Shown: positions 40,336 to 50,128, counted from the first letter of the stretch. The stretch is 64,000 nucleotides of DNA from a bacterium (GCA_043798995.1 JAZDOD010000010.1:845-64844); one strand, 5' to 3'. Notes: a model not told the origin generated them from the letters alone. Translations and numbers: made by a program.

Positions 40336-41511
40336 ATGGCTTTTATTTCAAATGAAAATCAACCCCAAAATGGTTTTAATAAATTTTTAAAAAGAGATAT
40401 TAGCGCGCCTTTTCTTATTTTATCTTTTTTATTGATTAGTTTTTTATCCGGCACTTTAGGCGGTTTAATTGTCAATAATTATTATCAAGCCGAAGAGATA
40501 AGTGCCCAGCAGCAAATTTCCCGTCAAAATTTGCCCAAGGTCTCAACTAAAGAAGTTGAATCTAAACAGCTTAATCAATCTTTAGCCGGAAGTACTGTTG
40601 GCATCTATTTAACAAAAATAGCCGGCCCTGATTTATTAAACAATAGTTATTCACCCTTGGACCTAAAAGGCAGCGGCCTTATTTTAACCAATGACGGCTG
40701 GATAACGACAAGTCGGAAAGTTATTGAAGCGGCGCAACCGAATAAATATACGGTTATAACTCAAGACAGCTATACATTTCCTCTGGATAAGATAGTTTTA
40801 GACAATGCCACGGATATAGTTTTTGCTAAAATCAAAAGTGAGGCAAAAATAGAAAATTTGCCAACCGTTCTTTTTGCCGACAGTTCCGAATTGCAAGTCG
40901 GCGACGACTTTTTTTCATTCGGTTCTTCGGGCAGAATCGCTACGGGTAAAACCTTAAACTCAATTGATTATTATTTTGATTCTCGCGATCAATTTGTTCA
41001 GTCAACGGAAAAATTTTCTAAAATTATTTTATTAGCCGGCAAGGGCTATGACAATTCTTTTATCGGAGGTCCTGTCTTCAATTTAAAAGGAGAGGTAGAA
41101 GGCGTGGTTATTAATTTTAATAATAATGAAATAAGAATTTTGCCGATTGATTATCTTAGCGATAAATTTGAAACTTTATTCAAGACGGGTGAGATTAAAA
41201 GAAACTATTTGGGGATAAATTATTTGGATTTAAATTCTATTTATTTATTTGATAAAAGAGCCCTTAATCTCACCCAAGGAGCATTAATTACAAAAAATAA
41301 AAACAAAGTCGCTGTCAGCAAAAGCAGTCCGGCTGAAAAAGCAGGATTGCGAGAAAATGACATTATCTTGGCAGTTGAAAAAGAGTCATTAGCCCCTTTT
41401 TATAATTTGACCGAGTTAATTCAGCAATATAAAGAGGGGAGCGAGGTAACATTAAAAGTGAAGAGGCAAGATAAAATAATCGATATAATAGTTAAATTAG
41501 AGACAAGATAA
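40336..41511 (+). CDS. HtrA/DegP-like trypsin-fold protein with a C-terminal PDZ domain, probably catalytically inactive
   Basis: The trypsin-like core and PDZ ('GALITKNKNKVAVSKSSPAEKAGLRENDIILAV') are recognizable. The His-box reads 'ILTNDGWITT' with no His, and the GDSGGP serine box is replaced by 'DNSFIGGPVF'. Confidence 0.55.
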   Translation: MAFISNENQPQNGFNKFLKRDISAPFLILSFLLISFLSGTLGGLIVNNYYQAEEISAQQQISRQNLPKVSTKEVESKQLNQSLAGSTVGIYLTKIAGPDLLNNSYSPLDLKGSGLILTNDGWITTSRKVIEAAQPNKYTVITQDSYTFPLDKIVLDNATDIVFAKIKSEAKIENLPTVLFADSSELQVGDDFFSFGSSGRIATGKTLNSIDYYFDSRDQFVQSTEKFSKIILLAGKGYDNSFIGGPVFNLKGEVEGVVINFNNNEIRILPIDYLSDKFETLFKTGEIKRNYLGINYLDLNSIYLFDKRALNLTQGALITKNKNKVAVSKSSPAEKAGLRENDIILAVEKESLAPFYNLTELIQQYKEGSEVTLKVKRQDKIIDIIVKLETR

Positions 41512-41526
41512 AATTAGATTTTATTT

Positions 41527-42585
41527 ATGAACATCTTAGCTATTGAAACCAGTTGCGATGAAACAGCCGCGGCAATTTTAGAGATTAAAGAAGAAAAAGA
41601 TAATTTAAATTTTAAGGTTTTAGCTAATATAGTTTCTTCTCAAACAGAAAGTCATCGAGCTTTCGGCGGCGTAGTGCCGAATTTGGCCGCAACTTTGCAT
41701 TTGGAAAATATTTTGCCGAGCATTAAAAAAAGTTTTGCCAAAGCCAAAATCGAGCCTCAAAAGCTCGATTTTATCGCGGTGACTGCCGGGCCGGGCCTTG
41801 CCCCGGCTTTGTTAGTCGGCGTTAATACGGCCAGAACCTTAGCTTGGCTTTGGCAAAAACCAATTATCAGTGTTAATCATGTAGAGGCTCATTTGCTGGT
41901 CAATTGGCTGGAAATCAGAAAAAAAAATATTTTTCCGGCCATCGGTTTGGTTGTTTCAGGCGGACACACCCAATTAATTCTTCTGAAAGATTTTGGACAA
42001 TATCAATTAATCGGCGAAACGCGCGATGACGCCGCCGGCGAGGCCTTTGACAAAATTGCGCGACTTCTTGGTTTAGGTTATCCAGGTGGTCCAGCAATTG
42101 AAAAGGCAGCTCAAAATTTTAAAAAGGGGACAATTAGTTTGCCTCGGCCCATGATTAAAAGTGATAATTTTGATTTTAGTTTCTCGGGGCTCAAGACAGC
42201 TGTTAGTTTATTAGTCAAAGAAAGAAAATTAACTCAAAACGAGAAAAATGAATTTGCCCGGGCAGTACAAAAAACAATTATTGATGTTTTGGTTAGTAAG
42301 ACCATTAGGGCCGTTAAAACCTATCAAATTAAAACTTTAGTTCTCTCCGGCGGCGTGGTGGCTAATGGTTATTTAAGAAAGGAATTTAAAAAATCAGCCA
42401 GACGCCAATCATTAAAACTTATTATACCGCCCATAAATTATTGTACCGACAATGCGGTTATGATTGGGGTAGCAGCTTATTTTAAAGTGCAAAGAGTCAA
42501 AGATTTTTCTTATCCCGTAAATTCAAAAATTTACGGGACTTGTTGGCAGAAAGTCGTTACCGAGCCAGATCAGGAGTTTATTTAA
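41527..42585 (+). CDS. tsaD: tRNA N6-adenosine threonylcarbamoyltransferase TsaD (Kae1/YgjD family)
   Basis: 'MNILAIETSCDETAAAIL...', 'GLVVSGGHTQL' and the conserved metal-binding His pair 'HVEAHL'. Confidence 0.9.
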   Translation: MNILAIETSCDETAAAILEIKEEKDNLNFKVLANIVSSQTESHRAFGGVVPNLAATLHLENILPSIKKSFAKAKIEPQKLDFIAVTAGPGLAPALLVGVNTARTLAWLWQKPIISVNHVEAHLLVNWLEIRKKNIFPAIGLVVSGGHTQLILLKDFGQYQLIGETRDDAAGEAFDKIARLLGLGYPGGPAIEKAAQNFKKGTISLPRPMIKSDNFDFSFSGLKTAVSLLVKERKLTQNEKNEFARAVQKTIIDVLVSKTIRAVKTYQIKTLVLSGGVVANGYLRKEFKKSARRQSLKLIIPPINYCTDNAVMIGVAAYFKVQRVKDFSYPVNSKIYGTCWQKVVTEPDQEFI

Positions 42586-42590
42586 CGAGC

Positions 42591-42890
42591 TTAGTTTTCA
42601 TTTTTGGTTGTTTCCTGGCCGGGGCTAAAAAGTTTATTTTTAATTTTCCATTTTTCCACATACTGGCCAACCCCCTCCCGTTCTAATTTGAGGCGGCGGC
42701 GAGTATTTTTTTGCGACCAACTAACCAAACTCTCAAAATTAATTTTGTAACGGCCCCTGACCACAATATAACGCAGCTCCTGATTTTTTAGGGCTTGGCG
42801 AATAGTGGTGGACGTCACGCCAAAGAGGCGACCGGCTTCGCTAACTGAAACCCGGATTGGGAACTTGGGTGCTTTGTTTTGTTCAGCCAT
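42591..42890 (-). CDS. Small helix-turn-helix DNA-binding protein (Xis/MerR-like HTH_17 type)
   Basis: 'VSEAGRLFGVTSTTIRQALKNQEL' is an HTH. The likely start is the internal Met (MAEQNK...). It is divergent from the operator-like palindromes at 42917-43014. Confidence 0.55.
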   Translation of the reverse strand: MAEQNKAPKFPIRVSVSEAGRLFGVTSTTIRQALKNQELRYIVVRGRYKINFESLVSWSQKNTRRRLKLEREGVGQYVEKWKIKNKLFSPGQETTKNEN

Positions 42891-42916
42891 AAATTTAAAA
42901 AATAAGAAATTTAAAT

Positions 42917-43014
42917 TATACACAGTTGTATAAGTTTATAATTATATTTTATACAATGTTGTATAGGTTTGTCAAGTTTTTAATGATTTTATTTATTTTA
43001 TACAGCTATGTATA
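42917..43014. promoter_or_regulatory. Three 16-bp perfect-arm palindromes TATACA-N4-TGTATA (42917-42932, 42950-42965, 42999-43014); putative operator array
   Basis: 'tatacacagttgtata', 'tatacaatgttgtata' and 'tatacagctatgtata', read directly. They lie between a divergent HTH gene and the ECF sigma operon. Confidence 0.6.
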
Positions 43015-43028
43015 ATTAAGCGATTGAT

Positions 43029-43146
43029 GTCATTGCCACGCCCACCCCTTTCCGAGTAAAGGGGTGGGCGTGGCAATCTCTTTCTTCATTAAAAATAATA
43101 AGATTGCTTCGTCGTCCGCCAGCTGGCGGACTCCTCGCAATGACAG
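43029..43146. repeat. MITE-like hairpin element (GTCAT...ATGAC family), copy E6
   Basis: 'tgtcattgccacgcccacccctttccgagtaaaggggtgggcgtggcaatc ... cgtcgtccgccagctggcggactcctcgcaatgacag'. Confidence 0.7.
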
Positions 43147-43244
43147 AAATAGATAGTTGCCAAGATCTTAAAAATCATTTATTATATCTTATATCAATAT
43201 TGGCTTAAAAGTGTAACACTTTAATAAATTTTTCGTCTTAATAA

Positions 43245-43841
43245 ATGATTGAGAATTTACAAGATAAAATCCTTGTTTTAAAGATAAGAAACGGTGAAAC
43301 AGAGGCCTTTTCAGAAATTTATGATCGCTACGCCACCAGAATTTACCGCTTTATTTTTTTTAAAACAAGCCGAGTTGAAGAGACAGAGGATCTGACTTCC
43401 GAGGTTTTTCTCAAGCTTTGGCAGTATCTTAGCCAGGAAAGGGGAGAACTTCGCAATTTAAAAGCTTTTCTTTATCAAATGGCTCGGAATCAGGTAATTG
43501 ATTATTACCGCGGTCTAGCCGCTAAACAAACCGTGTCTTTGGATGAAAGATTAATCGAGCAAGTGGAATTATCAAGTTTAACGGGTTTAACGGGTCAGAG
43601 CCAGCAGATGAAAATTTTTGAAAAAATTGAGTTTGAAGAGGCATTTGAAAATATTAAAGATGGCTTGGCTAAACTCAAAGAAGAATATCGGGAAGCGCTG
43701 TTGCTTAAATATGTTGAAGATTTTTCAACCGGGGAGATCGCGGAAATTATTAATAAATCAAAAGGAGCAACGCGAGTCATTATCCATCGAGCCCTATCGG
43801 CCTTAAAAGAAGTAATTAAGGACGCCGAGCGTCCGAAATAA
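43245..43841 (+). CDS. RNA polymerase sigma-70 family factor, ECF-type
   Basis: Region 2 ('YDRYATRIYRFIFFKT...DLTSEVFLKLW') and region 4 ('EYREALLLKYVEDFSTGEIAEIINKSKGATRVIIHRALSALK'). Confidence 0.85.
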   Translation: MIENLQDKILVLKIRNGETEAFSEIYDRYATRIYRFIFFKTSRVEETEDLTSEVFLKLWQYLSQERGELRNLKAFLYQMARNQVIDYYRGLAAKQTVSLDERLIEQVELSSLTGLTGQSQQMKIFEKIEFEEAFENIKDGLAKLKEEYREALLLKYVEDFSTGEIAEIINKSKGATRVIIHRALSALKEVIKDAERPK

Positions 43842-43846
43842 AAAAA

Positions 43847-45001
43847 ATGACCAATCAAGAATTAATCAATAAATTAAAAGTTATCAAAAAAATTCAGCCG
43901 GATGAGACTTGGCTTAAATTAAATCGGGAAAGATTATTGGCTCAAATCGCCAATCAGAAAACTGCTTCCTCGTCTCATCAAGGTTTGGCTGAAGTTTTTT
44001 ATTTTGGCCGGCTTTTCAAACAATTAAGCAAAAATTTTGTTTTACAGCCCGTCGGCACTTTTGTTTTAATGCTGGCTATAGTTTTAGGCGGCGGAGTGGC
44101 TAAGGTTCAAGCTGATGCCAGTTTGCCGGGCGATTTTCTTTATGCTTTTAAACAGGGCGGCCAGCAGTTTCGGATGATGCTGGCCAGACGCGATGATCAA
44201 CGGCTCAAACTGCAGTTGGAATTTACCGACCGCCACTTAGATGAGTTAACCCAAATTGCCGAGCAAAGTAATTTTGCTACCTCCGAAAGAGAAGAACGCC
44301 TGCGAGAAGCGCTTAATATTTTTCAGGCCGATTTAGCTTATTTAAATAATAATTTGCAATCAATAAATTCTCAGACCGATGTTTCCGGAGCAGTGGCAGC
44401 GGCTCAGAAAGTTGATGAGAAAACCAATCTTTATCAATTGGTCTTAAAACAAACCGAACGAAAAATGGCTACTGGTAAAATTCAAACAGAGGTTCGGAAG
44501 ACAATTAAAGCCGTTGATGAAACCGAAACCAAGGCCTTAACTATGATTGTCAGCAAACATCAGCAAGGCCAAAGCCAAATTTCTTCCCAGGAAGTGGCAA
44601 TGAGAATTGAAAGCAAAATCAAACAAGCCACCGATAATTTAGATGAATTAGGCAAAACTTTAACAACAACTTCAGTTGACGGTAAAATAAATGAAGCAAA
44701 AACCAATTCTCAAAAAGTGCAAGATATGTTAGAGCAAGCCAGACAGGACTTGGCTAATCAGGAATTTGTCATTGCTTTGGAAAAAATTAAAACCTCGCAG
44801 GAAATTTTTAATGAGGCCAAGGATTCTGTTGCCGAAACAACCGAAACAGCCACTTCAACCTCAACCGAAACTAATGTTAATGCCGGTTTAATCAGAGAAA
44901 ATTCAATCAATATTTTAACTCCAACCAGTTCTGAAAAAGGTTTTGGCAGCGCTCCGGCTGATCCTGAAATGCCGGCTCAGACACCACAGACGCTTAAATA
45001 A
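43847..45001 (+). CDS. DUF5667-like membrane protein, putative anti-sigma factor partner of the ECF sigma
   Basis: It is located immediately downstream of the sigma gene with a 5-bp gap. It has one TM 'VGTFVLMLAIVLGGGVA' and a long coiled-coil extracytoplasmic region. Confidence 0.5.
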   Translation: MTNQELINKLKVIKKIQPDETWLKLNRERLLAQIANQKTASSSHQGLAEVFYFGRLFKQLSKNFVLQPVGTFVLMLAIVLGGGVAKVQADASLPGDFLYAFKQGGQQFRMMLARRDDQRLKLQLEFTDRHLDELTQIAEQSNFATSEREERLREALNIFQADLAYLNNNLQSINSQTDVSGAVAAAQKVDEKTNLYQLVLKQTERKMATGKIQTEVRKTIKAVDETETKALTMIVSKHQQGQSQISSQEVAMRIESKIKQATDNLDELGKTLTTTSVDGKINEAKTNSQKVQDMLEQARQDLANQEFVIALEKIKTSQEIFNEAKDSVAETTETATSTSTETNVNAGLIRENSINILTPTSSEKGFGSAPADPEMPAQTPQTLK

Positions 45002-45042
45002 AATCCTAAATCCTAAATCCTAAATCCTAAATCCTAAATCCT
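45001..45042. repeat. Tandem heptamer (aaatcct) x6
   Basis: Perfect tandem repeat starting on the stop codon of the preceding gene. Confidence 0.9.
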
Positions 45043-45186
45043 ATTTATTTTTATGTTTATAAACCATTGTAAGTTAAAGGTCGGGCCCTTTAAAAGGCGC
45101 TTGCAATTAAAATTTAATTAACCTTCTAAGTTTGGGCAGAAGTCGAAAATTGCCTTGAACTTAGAAAAAAGGAGAAAAAATTAATT

Positions 45187-48100
45187 ATGTCCAAATTAAC
45201 CAAGAAAATTTTCACTTATGTAGTAGTTTTTACTACGGTGATTTGGTCCATTGGTTTGGTTTCTGTTTTGCCAGTAGCAGCGGTTAGCTTATCTGCCGGC
45301 GACGTTATCAAAAGCAGCGGCAAAGCCGTTTATTACTACGCGGCTGACGGTAAAAGATATGTCTTTCCAACCGACTTGATTTTCAAGACCTGGTATAAGG
45401 ACTTTACAGGAGTTAGAACCATTTCCGACAGCGAACTTTCTGCCATTACTATTGGCGGCAACGTCGTTGCTCGAGGTGGCGTTAAATTAGTCCAATTCGT
45501 GACTAATGACACTCCTTGGAAGGTCTCTGATCCCAAGGTCTATGCGGTCACTCCGGGCGGAAAATTAAGACAGCTTACTTCAGCTGATGTCGCTTCTGGT
45601 CTTTATGGAGCTAACTGGGAGTCCAGAATTACCCCGGTAGTAGAAACTCTCTACAACAATTACACAATTGGTAATCAGATTACCAGTTCAACCGATGTTC
45701 CTGACGGTTCATTAATCAAATATTCCGGCTCAGCTGCTATTTATTATGTTGATGGCGGCAAAAAGCGAGCCGTTGACACAATGGCTACTATGGATGCCAA
45801 CCGCTTCCAGGATTCAGCCATTATCACTATTCCCAGCACTGTAACTTTGTCTGATGGCACTGCTTTAACTGGCGCTGAATCAACTATCACCAATACCGCT
45901 GGCGGAGCTAGTACCGGCACTTCAACCGGCACTGGTTTAACCGTGGCTTTGGCCTCTGATACTCCGTCTTCAGGTCTAGTAGTTGGCGGCGCAGCCAGAT
46001 ATCCATTCACCAAAGTTAATTTAACTGCTTCGTCTGATGGCGACATTGTTATTGATTCATTGGTTATGCAAAGAGGCGGTCTTGGCAGCGATGGCGCTTT
46101 TTCCTCTTTAGCTATCATTGACGTGGCTACTGCTGAGCAAATCGGTCTTGATAAAACCCTTAATTCTGATCATGAAGCGAATTTAAATGATGACATCACT
46201 ATTAAAGCTGGTACCACTAAAACCCTGCTTTTGGCTGGCAATATGGTGGCTAGAGCGACAATGGCTAGCTATGCTGGCGAAGCTCCGGCTTTATGTTTGA
46301 AGTCAATTACCCTTTCCGGCAGCGTTACCTTAACCGGCACCTTGCCTATTTGCGGTAACACTCAAACCACCAACGCGACCATTATCGTTGGCACTGCTAC
46401 TTTAGGCACTGGCGCTTCTAATCCAGCGGCTAACTCTTCAGTTGCTATTGGGACTAAGACCTTTAACATCATGGAATTCAAGATTTCCAATACTGGTTCA
46501 GCCGAAGATGAGCAAGTTGAGCAAGTGACGGCCCAGGTTTATGATGGTTCTGTAGCCGACGGCGACATCAAGAATATCCAGTTAGTTGACTCAACTACTG
46601 GCTCTGTTTTAGCTACCGTAGCTCAAGCCACCAGTAAGAAAGTCATCTTTAATTTATCAGCCACTCCCTTGGAAATTAAAAAGGGCTACAGCAAGGACTT
46701 GATGATTCGGGCTGATATTGATGGCGGCGCCGCTAGAACCTTGGATATGGTCATTAAGAAATACACTGATCTTTTGATCAAGGGTAAAACTTATGGCTAT
46801 TATGTTACGGCTACGGCCGGTACTGGCGCTTCAGGCAGTGAGCCAATAATCAATGGCGCTAATCACACCGTTGGTTCTGGGACTTTAGCGGTAGCTCAAG
46901 GCACTTTGGCTGCGGCTAATATTGCCGAAAACAGCCAGCAAGTGACTTTGGGTAAATTTGATTTCACCGTCAAAGGTGAGTCAGTTGAGATGACCCAAGT
47001 TGGTTGGCAGACCTACATTGATCAAACCACAGCCGGCACTGGAGCAACCACTTCGGATATTACCAATATCACTATTTATGATGAAAACGGTAAAACCGTG
47101 GCTGGTCCGACTAATCCTACCCATGATTATGGTGATGGTGACGAGGCCTATGGTTCAGCGACTACGACCGATACGATTACTTTGACTCCGGGTACTCACA
47201 CCTTGACTGTTAAAGGTAATTTAAGCGCTGATTTTAGCAACAATGATGTGGTTAAGATTAACTTAACTCCCAATCCTAATATTACAGCTAAAGGCGTGAC
47301 CACCGGCAACACCATTACAGCAACTCCGGCGACGGTTTTGATTTCAGCTACTATGACTGTTAAGACCGTGGCTTTGGTTGTCAGTATGTCTAGTTTGCCT
47401 TCAGCCCAGACCGTGGTTAAAGGCGTTAATGGCTTTACTCTTGCTAATATTATTTTAGACACTCAGGGTTCAGGCGAAGATGTTAATGTTACCCAAGTTG
47501 CTGTTTCGGTTAAACCACTCGTTATGGCCGCCAATGAACTGTCTGGTTTTGCCATTTATGACGGTACCACTAAAATCTCAACTTCCAACGATCCGGACAA
47601 CGCTCTGTCTTCAACTGCCGCGACTAACTCAACCAGTACCTTTACCTTTTCTTCAACTTTGAAGCTGACCAAAGGTACGGTTAAGACCTTAACTGTTAAA
47701 GCTAATATCAGCCGAGCGACTTCAGCTTCTGACACAGTACAAGTTGGTGTTGGTTCTTCTGGCTGTGTTTCAGCCAGCGGTTCTTCCACCGGCTCGTCTA
47801 TTACTGCTTCAGTTAGTCCAAGTCATGGGCCATTAATGACCCTGGCTGATAATGGTTCTTTGACTATTTACGCTTCTTCCGCTAGTCCAATCGCCGGACT
47901 CTTGCCGGCTTCAACCTCTGGCGTGACAGTCGGCGTAATCAATATCAGCGGGAAGCAGGAAGACATTAATCTGCAGAAGATTTACTTGACTGCTACCGCG
48001 GTTAATAGCGGCGGTCTGGATCAAATTGACAAACTCTATCTCTATGATGGTTCAACTCAAGTTATTGCTGTCACGCCAACTACTTCTGACACCGGTTCAG

Positions 48101-49020
48101 CCACTGTTTTAGTTGATATGACTAATACTCCAGTGGTAATTACGGCTGGCGCCAGCAAGGACTTAACTATTAAGGTAGATACCGCGGCCGCTAATCGCTT
48201 CTTGGGCTCAACCAAGGGTATGGCTGGTCAGGGCCTTAGCTTCTCAATTGCCGCTGTTGCTGATGTGACCGCTCAAGGCGTCTCTTCTGGTTCAACTTTG
48301 GGCACTACTGACAAAACGGTCAGTTGCTCTATGAACCAGTTTACTCTCTACAAGAGCGTGCCAACTGTGACGGTTAATTCAGATCTGGCAACAGCTGACA
48401 AGGTGGCTGATGGTACACTAACCACTTCATCCGGTAAAGAGGTTTACAAGTTTAGAGTAGCGGCTGATAGCGCCGGCGACATCGGTCTTTACCAGGTCTC
48501 ACTCTTGGTCACGACCAGTACGGCTACCACCTCTAATTATTATCTTTATGATGGTGGTACCAAAGTCGCGGCGACTACCACTGCTTCCCAGTATGTGACA
48601 GCTTCTTCTGGTCAAGGTGGCATTGCTGTCTTCAACTTACTCTTTACCAATGATGGTAATGCGCCAAGCAATACCAATGTGGTGCCTTTGACCATTTCGG
48701 CCGGTACCTCTAAGATCTTGACCTTAAAAGCTGATTTGACTTGTAGCGCCGGTGGCGCTGGTTGTACTAGTGCTAATGGCAGTTCGGTTCAATTCCAGTT
48801 CTTAGGCGATTCTGCCTTCCCCAGTACCTATCCTAACAATGCTACGACCTTAGGTGTCGATGCTTATGACGCCAGCTTTATCTGGGGTGATTACAATATC
48901 ACCAACGGTAACTCATCAACCACTGCTTCTACTTCAGAGCAATGGACCAATGGTTACCGCGTCAAATCCGGTTCTTCTGTCTTGGCAGCTACTTCATCCG
49001 CAGTCAGCTTCACCAAGTAA
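45187..49020 (+). CDS. Large (1,277 aa) secreted Thr/Ser/Ala/Gly-rich surface protein, S-layer-like
   Basis: Signal peptide 'VVFTTVIWSIGLVSVLPVAAVS', a ~200-aa N-terminal globular domain, then about 1,000 aa of beta-rich T/S/G/A low-complexity repeats. Strong RBS 'aaggag' at 45166. A strong terminator follows the gene. Confidence 0.7.
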   Translation: MSKLTKKIFTYVVVFTTVIWSIGLVSVLPVAAVSLSAGDVIKSSGKAVYYYAADGKRYVFPTDLIFKTWYKDFTGVRTISDSELSAITIGGNVVARGGVKLVQFVTNDTPWKVSDPKVYAVTPGGKLRQLTSADVASGLYGANWESRITPVVETLYNNYTIGNQITSSTDVPDGSLIKYSGSAAIYYVDGGKKRAVDTMATMDANRFQDSAIITIPSTVTLSDGTALTGAESTITNTAGGASTGTSTGTGLTVALASDTPSSGLVVGGAARYPFTKVNLTASSDGDIVIDSLVMQRGGLGSDGAFSSLAIIDVATAEQIGLDKTLNSDHEANLNDDITIKAGTTKTLLLAGNMVARATMASYAGEAPALCLKSITLSGSVTLTGTLPICGNTQTTNATIIVGTATLGTGASNPAANSSVAIGTKTFNIMEFKISNTGSAEDEQVEQVTAQVYDGSVADGDIKNIQLVDSTTGSVLATVAQATSKKVIFNLSATPLEIKKGYSKDLMIRADIDGGAARTLDMVIKKYTDLLIKGKTYGYYVTATAGTGASGSEPIINGANHTVGSGTLAVAQGTLAAANIAENSQQVTLGKFDFTVKGESVEMTQVGWQTYIDQTTAGTGATTSDITNITIYDENGKTVAGPTNPTHDYGDGDEAYGSATTTDTITLTPGTHTLTVKGNLSADFSNNDVVKINLTPNPNITAKGVTTGNTITATPATVLISATMTVKTVALVVSMSSLPSAQTVVKGVNGFTLANIILDTQGSGEDVNVTQVAVSVKPLVMAANELSGFAIYDGTTKISTSNDPDNALSSTAATNSTSTFTFSSTLKLTKGTVKTLTVKANISRATSASDTVQVGVGSSGCVSASGSSTGSSITASVSPSHGPLMTLADNGSLTIYASSASPIAGLLPASTSGVTVGVINISGKQEDINLQKIYLTATAVNSGGLDQIDKLYLYDGSTQVIAVTPTTSDTGSATVLVDMTNTPVVITAGASKDLTIKVDTAAANRFLGSTKGMAGQGLSFSIAAVADVTAQGVSSGSTLGTTDKTVSCSMNQFTLYKSVPTVTVNSDLATADKVADGTLTTSSGKEVYKFRVAADSAGDIGLYQVSLLVTTSTATTSNYYLYDGGTKVAATTTASQYVTASSGQGGIAVFNLLFTNDGNAPSNTNVVPLTISAGTSKILTLKADLTCSAGGAGCTSANGSSVQFQFLGDSAFPSTYPNNATTLGVDAYDASFIWGDYNITNGNSSTTASTSEQWTNGYRVKSGSSVLAATSSAVSFTK

Positions 49021-49043
49021 TATTTAGTATCTCTTGAAATAGA

Positions 49044-49087
49044 AAACCCCCCACCAATGTACATTGGTGGGGGGTTGTGTTTTTGGG
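49044..49087 (+). terminator. Strong rho-independent terminator
   Basis: 'aaccccccaccaatgtacattggtggggggtt' (perfect 13-bp stem) followed by 'gtgtttttgg'. Confidence 0.8.
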
Positions 49088-49201
49088 GAAAATGTGGTTT
49101 AATTGGAAAAGTAAAATCCCCCTATTTCCCCCTTTTTAAAAGGGGGACTAAGGGGGATTTCTGAAATTAAATTTATCTCAATAAGTTGTAAGTTAATTTC
49201 T

Positions 49202-49942
49202 ATGTCCAAAAATAAACTTATTCAATACATCGTCCTAATCTTAGTCATTATTATTATCGGCGGTTATTTTGTTTGGCAGGGAAAATTTAAACAAGAACCA
49301 AATAATCAAAGCAATAGCACAAATCAATCCTTGGGCGTTGAAAGATTTTTTGAATTTAAAGTTTTAGACCAAACACTTTCAACCGAATTAAAAAATAAAT
49401 ATTATGGTGATTTTTCCCAAATGAAAGCGGTTTTGGAAAAGGATAATAAAAATACTGACGCTCTGAAAGAAATAGCCAAGATTAAAACATACATCGGCGA
49501 TTACGAAGGGGCCAGGGAGATTTATCTTTATGCCGAGGCAATTAGTCCTTTAAATTATACCATTCCGGCCTCACTGGCTGATTTATGCCACAATTTTATT
49601 AAAGATTACACTTGCGCCGAAGATGCTTATAAGAGAGCAATTGATAAATGTGTCGGCAAAACCGAAACCGACTGCAGTCTAATTTATATGAATTTGTATG
49701 ACCTTTACTATAACATTAGACATGACAATGCTTTGGCAGAAAATATTTTAAAAGAAGGTTTAGTAAAGCTGCCGGATAATGTTAATCTGCCGACAAGCTT
49801 AGCCAATCACTATAAAAAAATTGGCGATAATGCCAAGGCCAAAGAAATTTATGAGAAGATTTTGAAATTAGACCCAAAAGATGAAAATATTAAAGCGGTC
49901 CAAGAAGCGGTGAGAAGGGAGATGGAAAACTTGCCAAAATAA
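49202..49942 (+). CDS. Membrane-anchored tetratricopeptide-repeat protein
   Basis: N-terminal TM 'IVLILVIIIIGGYFVW'. TPR-like 'AKEIYEKILKLDPKDENIKA' repeats. Confidence 0.55.
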   Translation: MSKNKLIQYIVLILVIIIIGGYFVWQGKFKQEPNNQSNSTNQSLGVERFFEFKVLDQTLSTELKNKYYGDFSQMKAVLEKDNKNTDALKEIAKIKTYIGDYEGAREIYLYAEAISPLNYTIPASLADLCHNFIKDYTCAEDAYKRAIDKCVGKTETDCSLIYMNLYDLYYNIRHDNALAENILKEGLVKLPDNVNLPTSLANHYKKIGDNAKAKEIYEKILKLDPKDENIKAVQEAVRREMENLPK

Positions 49943-49961
49943 TAAATTATCATTTTTCAAT

Positions 49962-50121
49962 ATCATTGCGATAGCCTGTCCAAAAACTGTCATTCCGCAC
50001 TTGATGCGGAATCCAGAATATCTGAAATTTATCTTATTTTTCTGGATTCCTGCTCCCCGCTTTCGCGGGGACAACCCCGTATTTAATACGGGGCCTGCGG
50101 AAGCAGGGGCAGGAATGACAA
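49962..50121. repeat. MITE-like hairpin element (GTCAT...ATGAC family), copy E7
   Basis: 'tcattgcgatagcctgtccaaaaactgtcattccgcacttgatgcggaatccagaa...ttctggattcctgctccccgctttcgcggggacaa...gcaggggcaggaatgacaag'. It shares modules with E1 and E4. Confidence 0.75.
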
Positions 50122-50128
50122 GAAGTAT

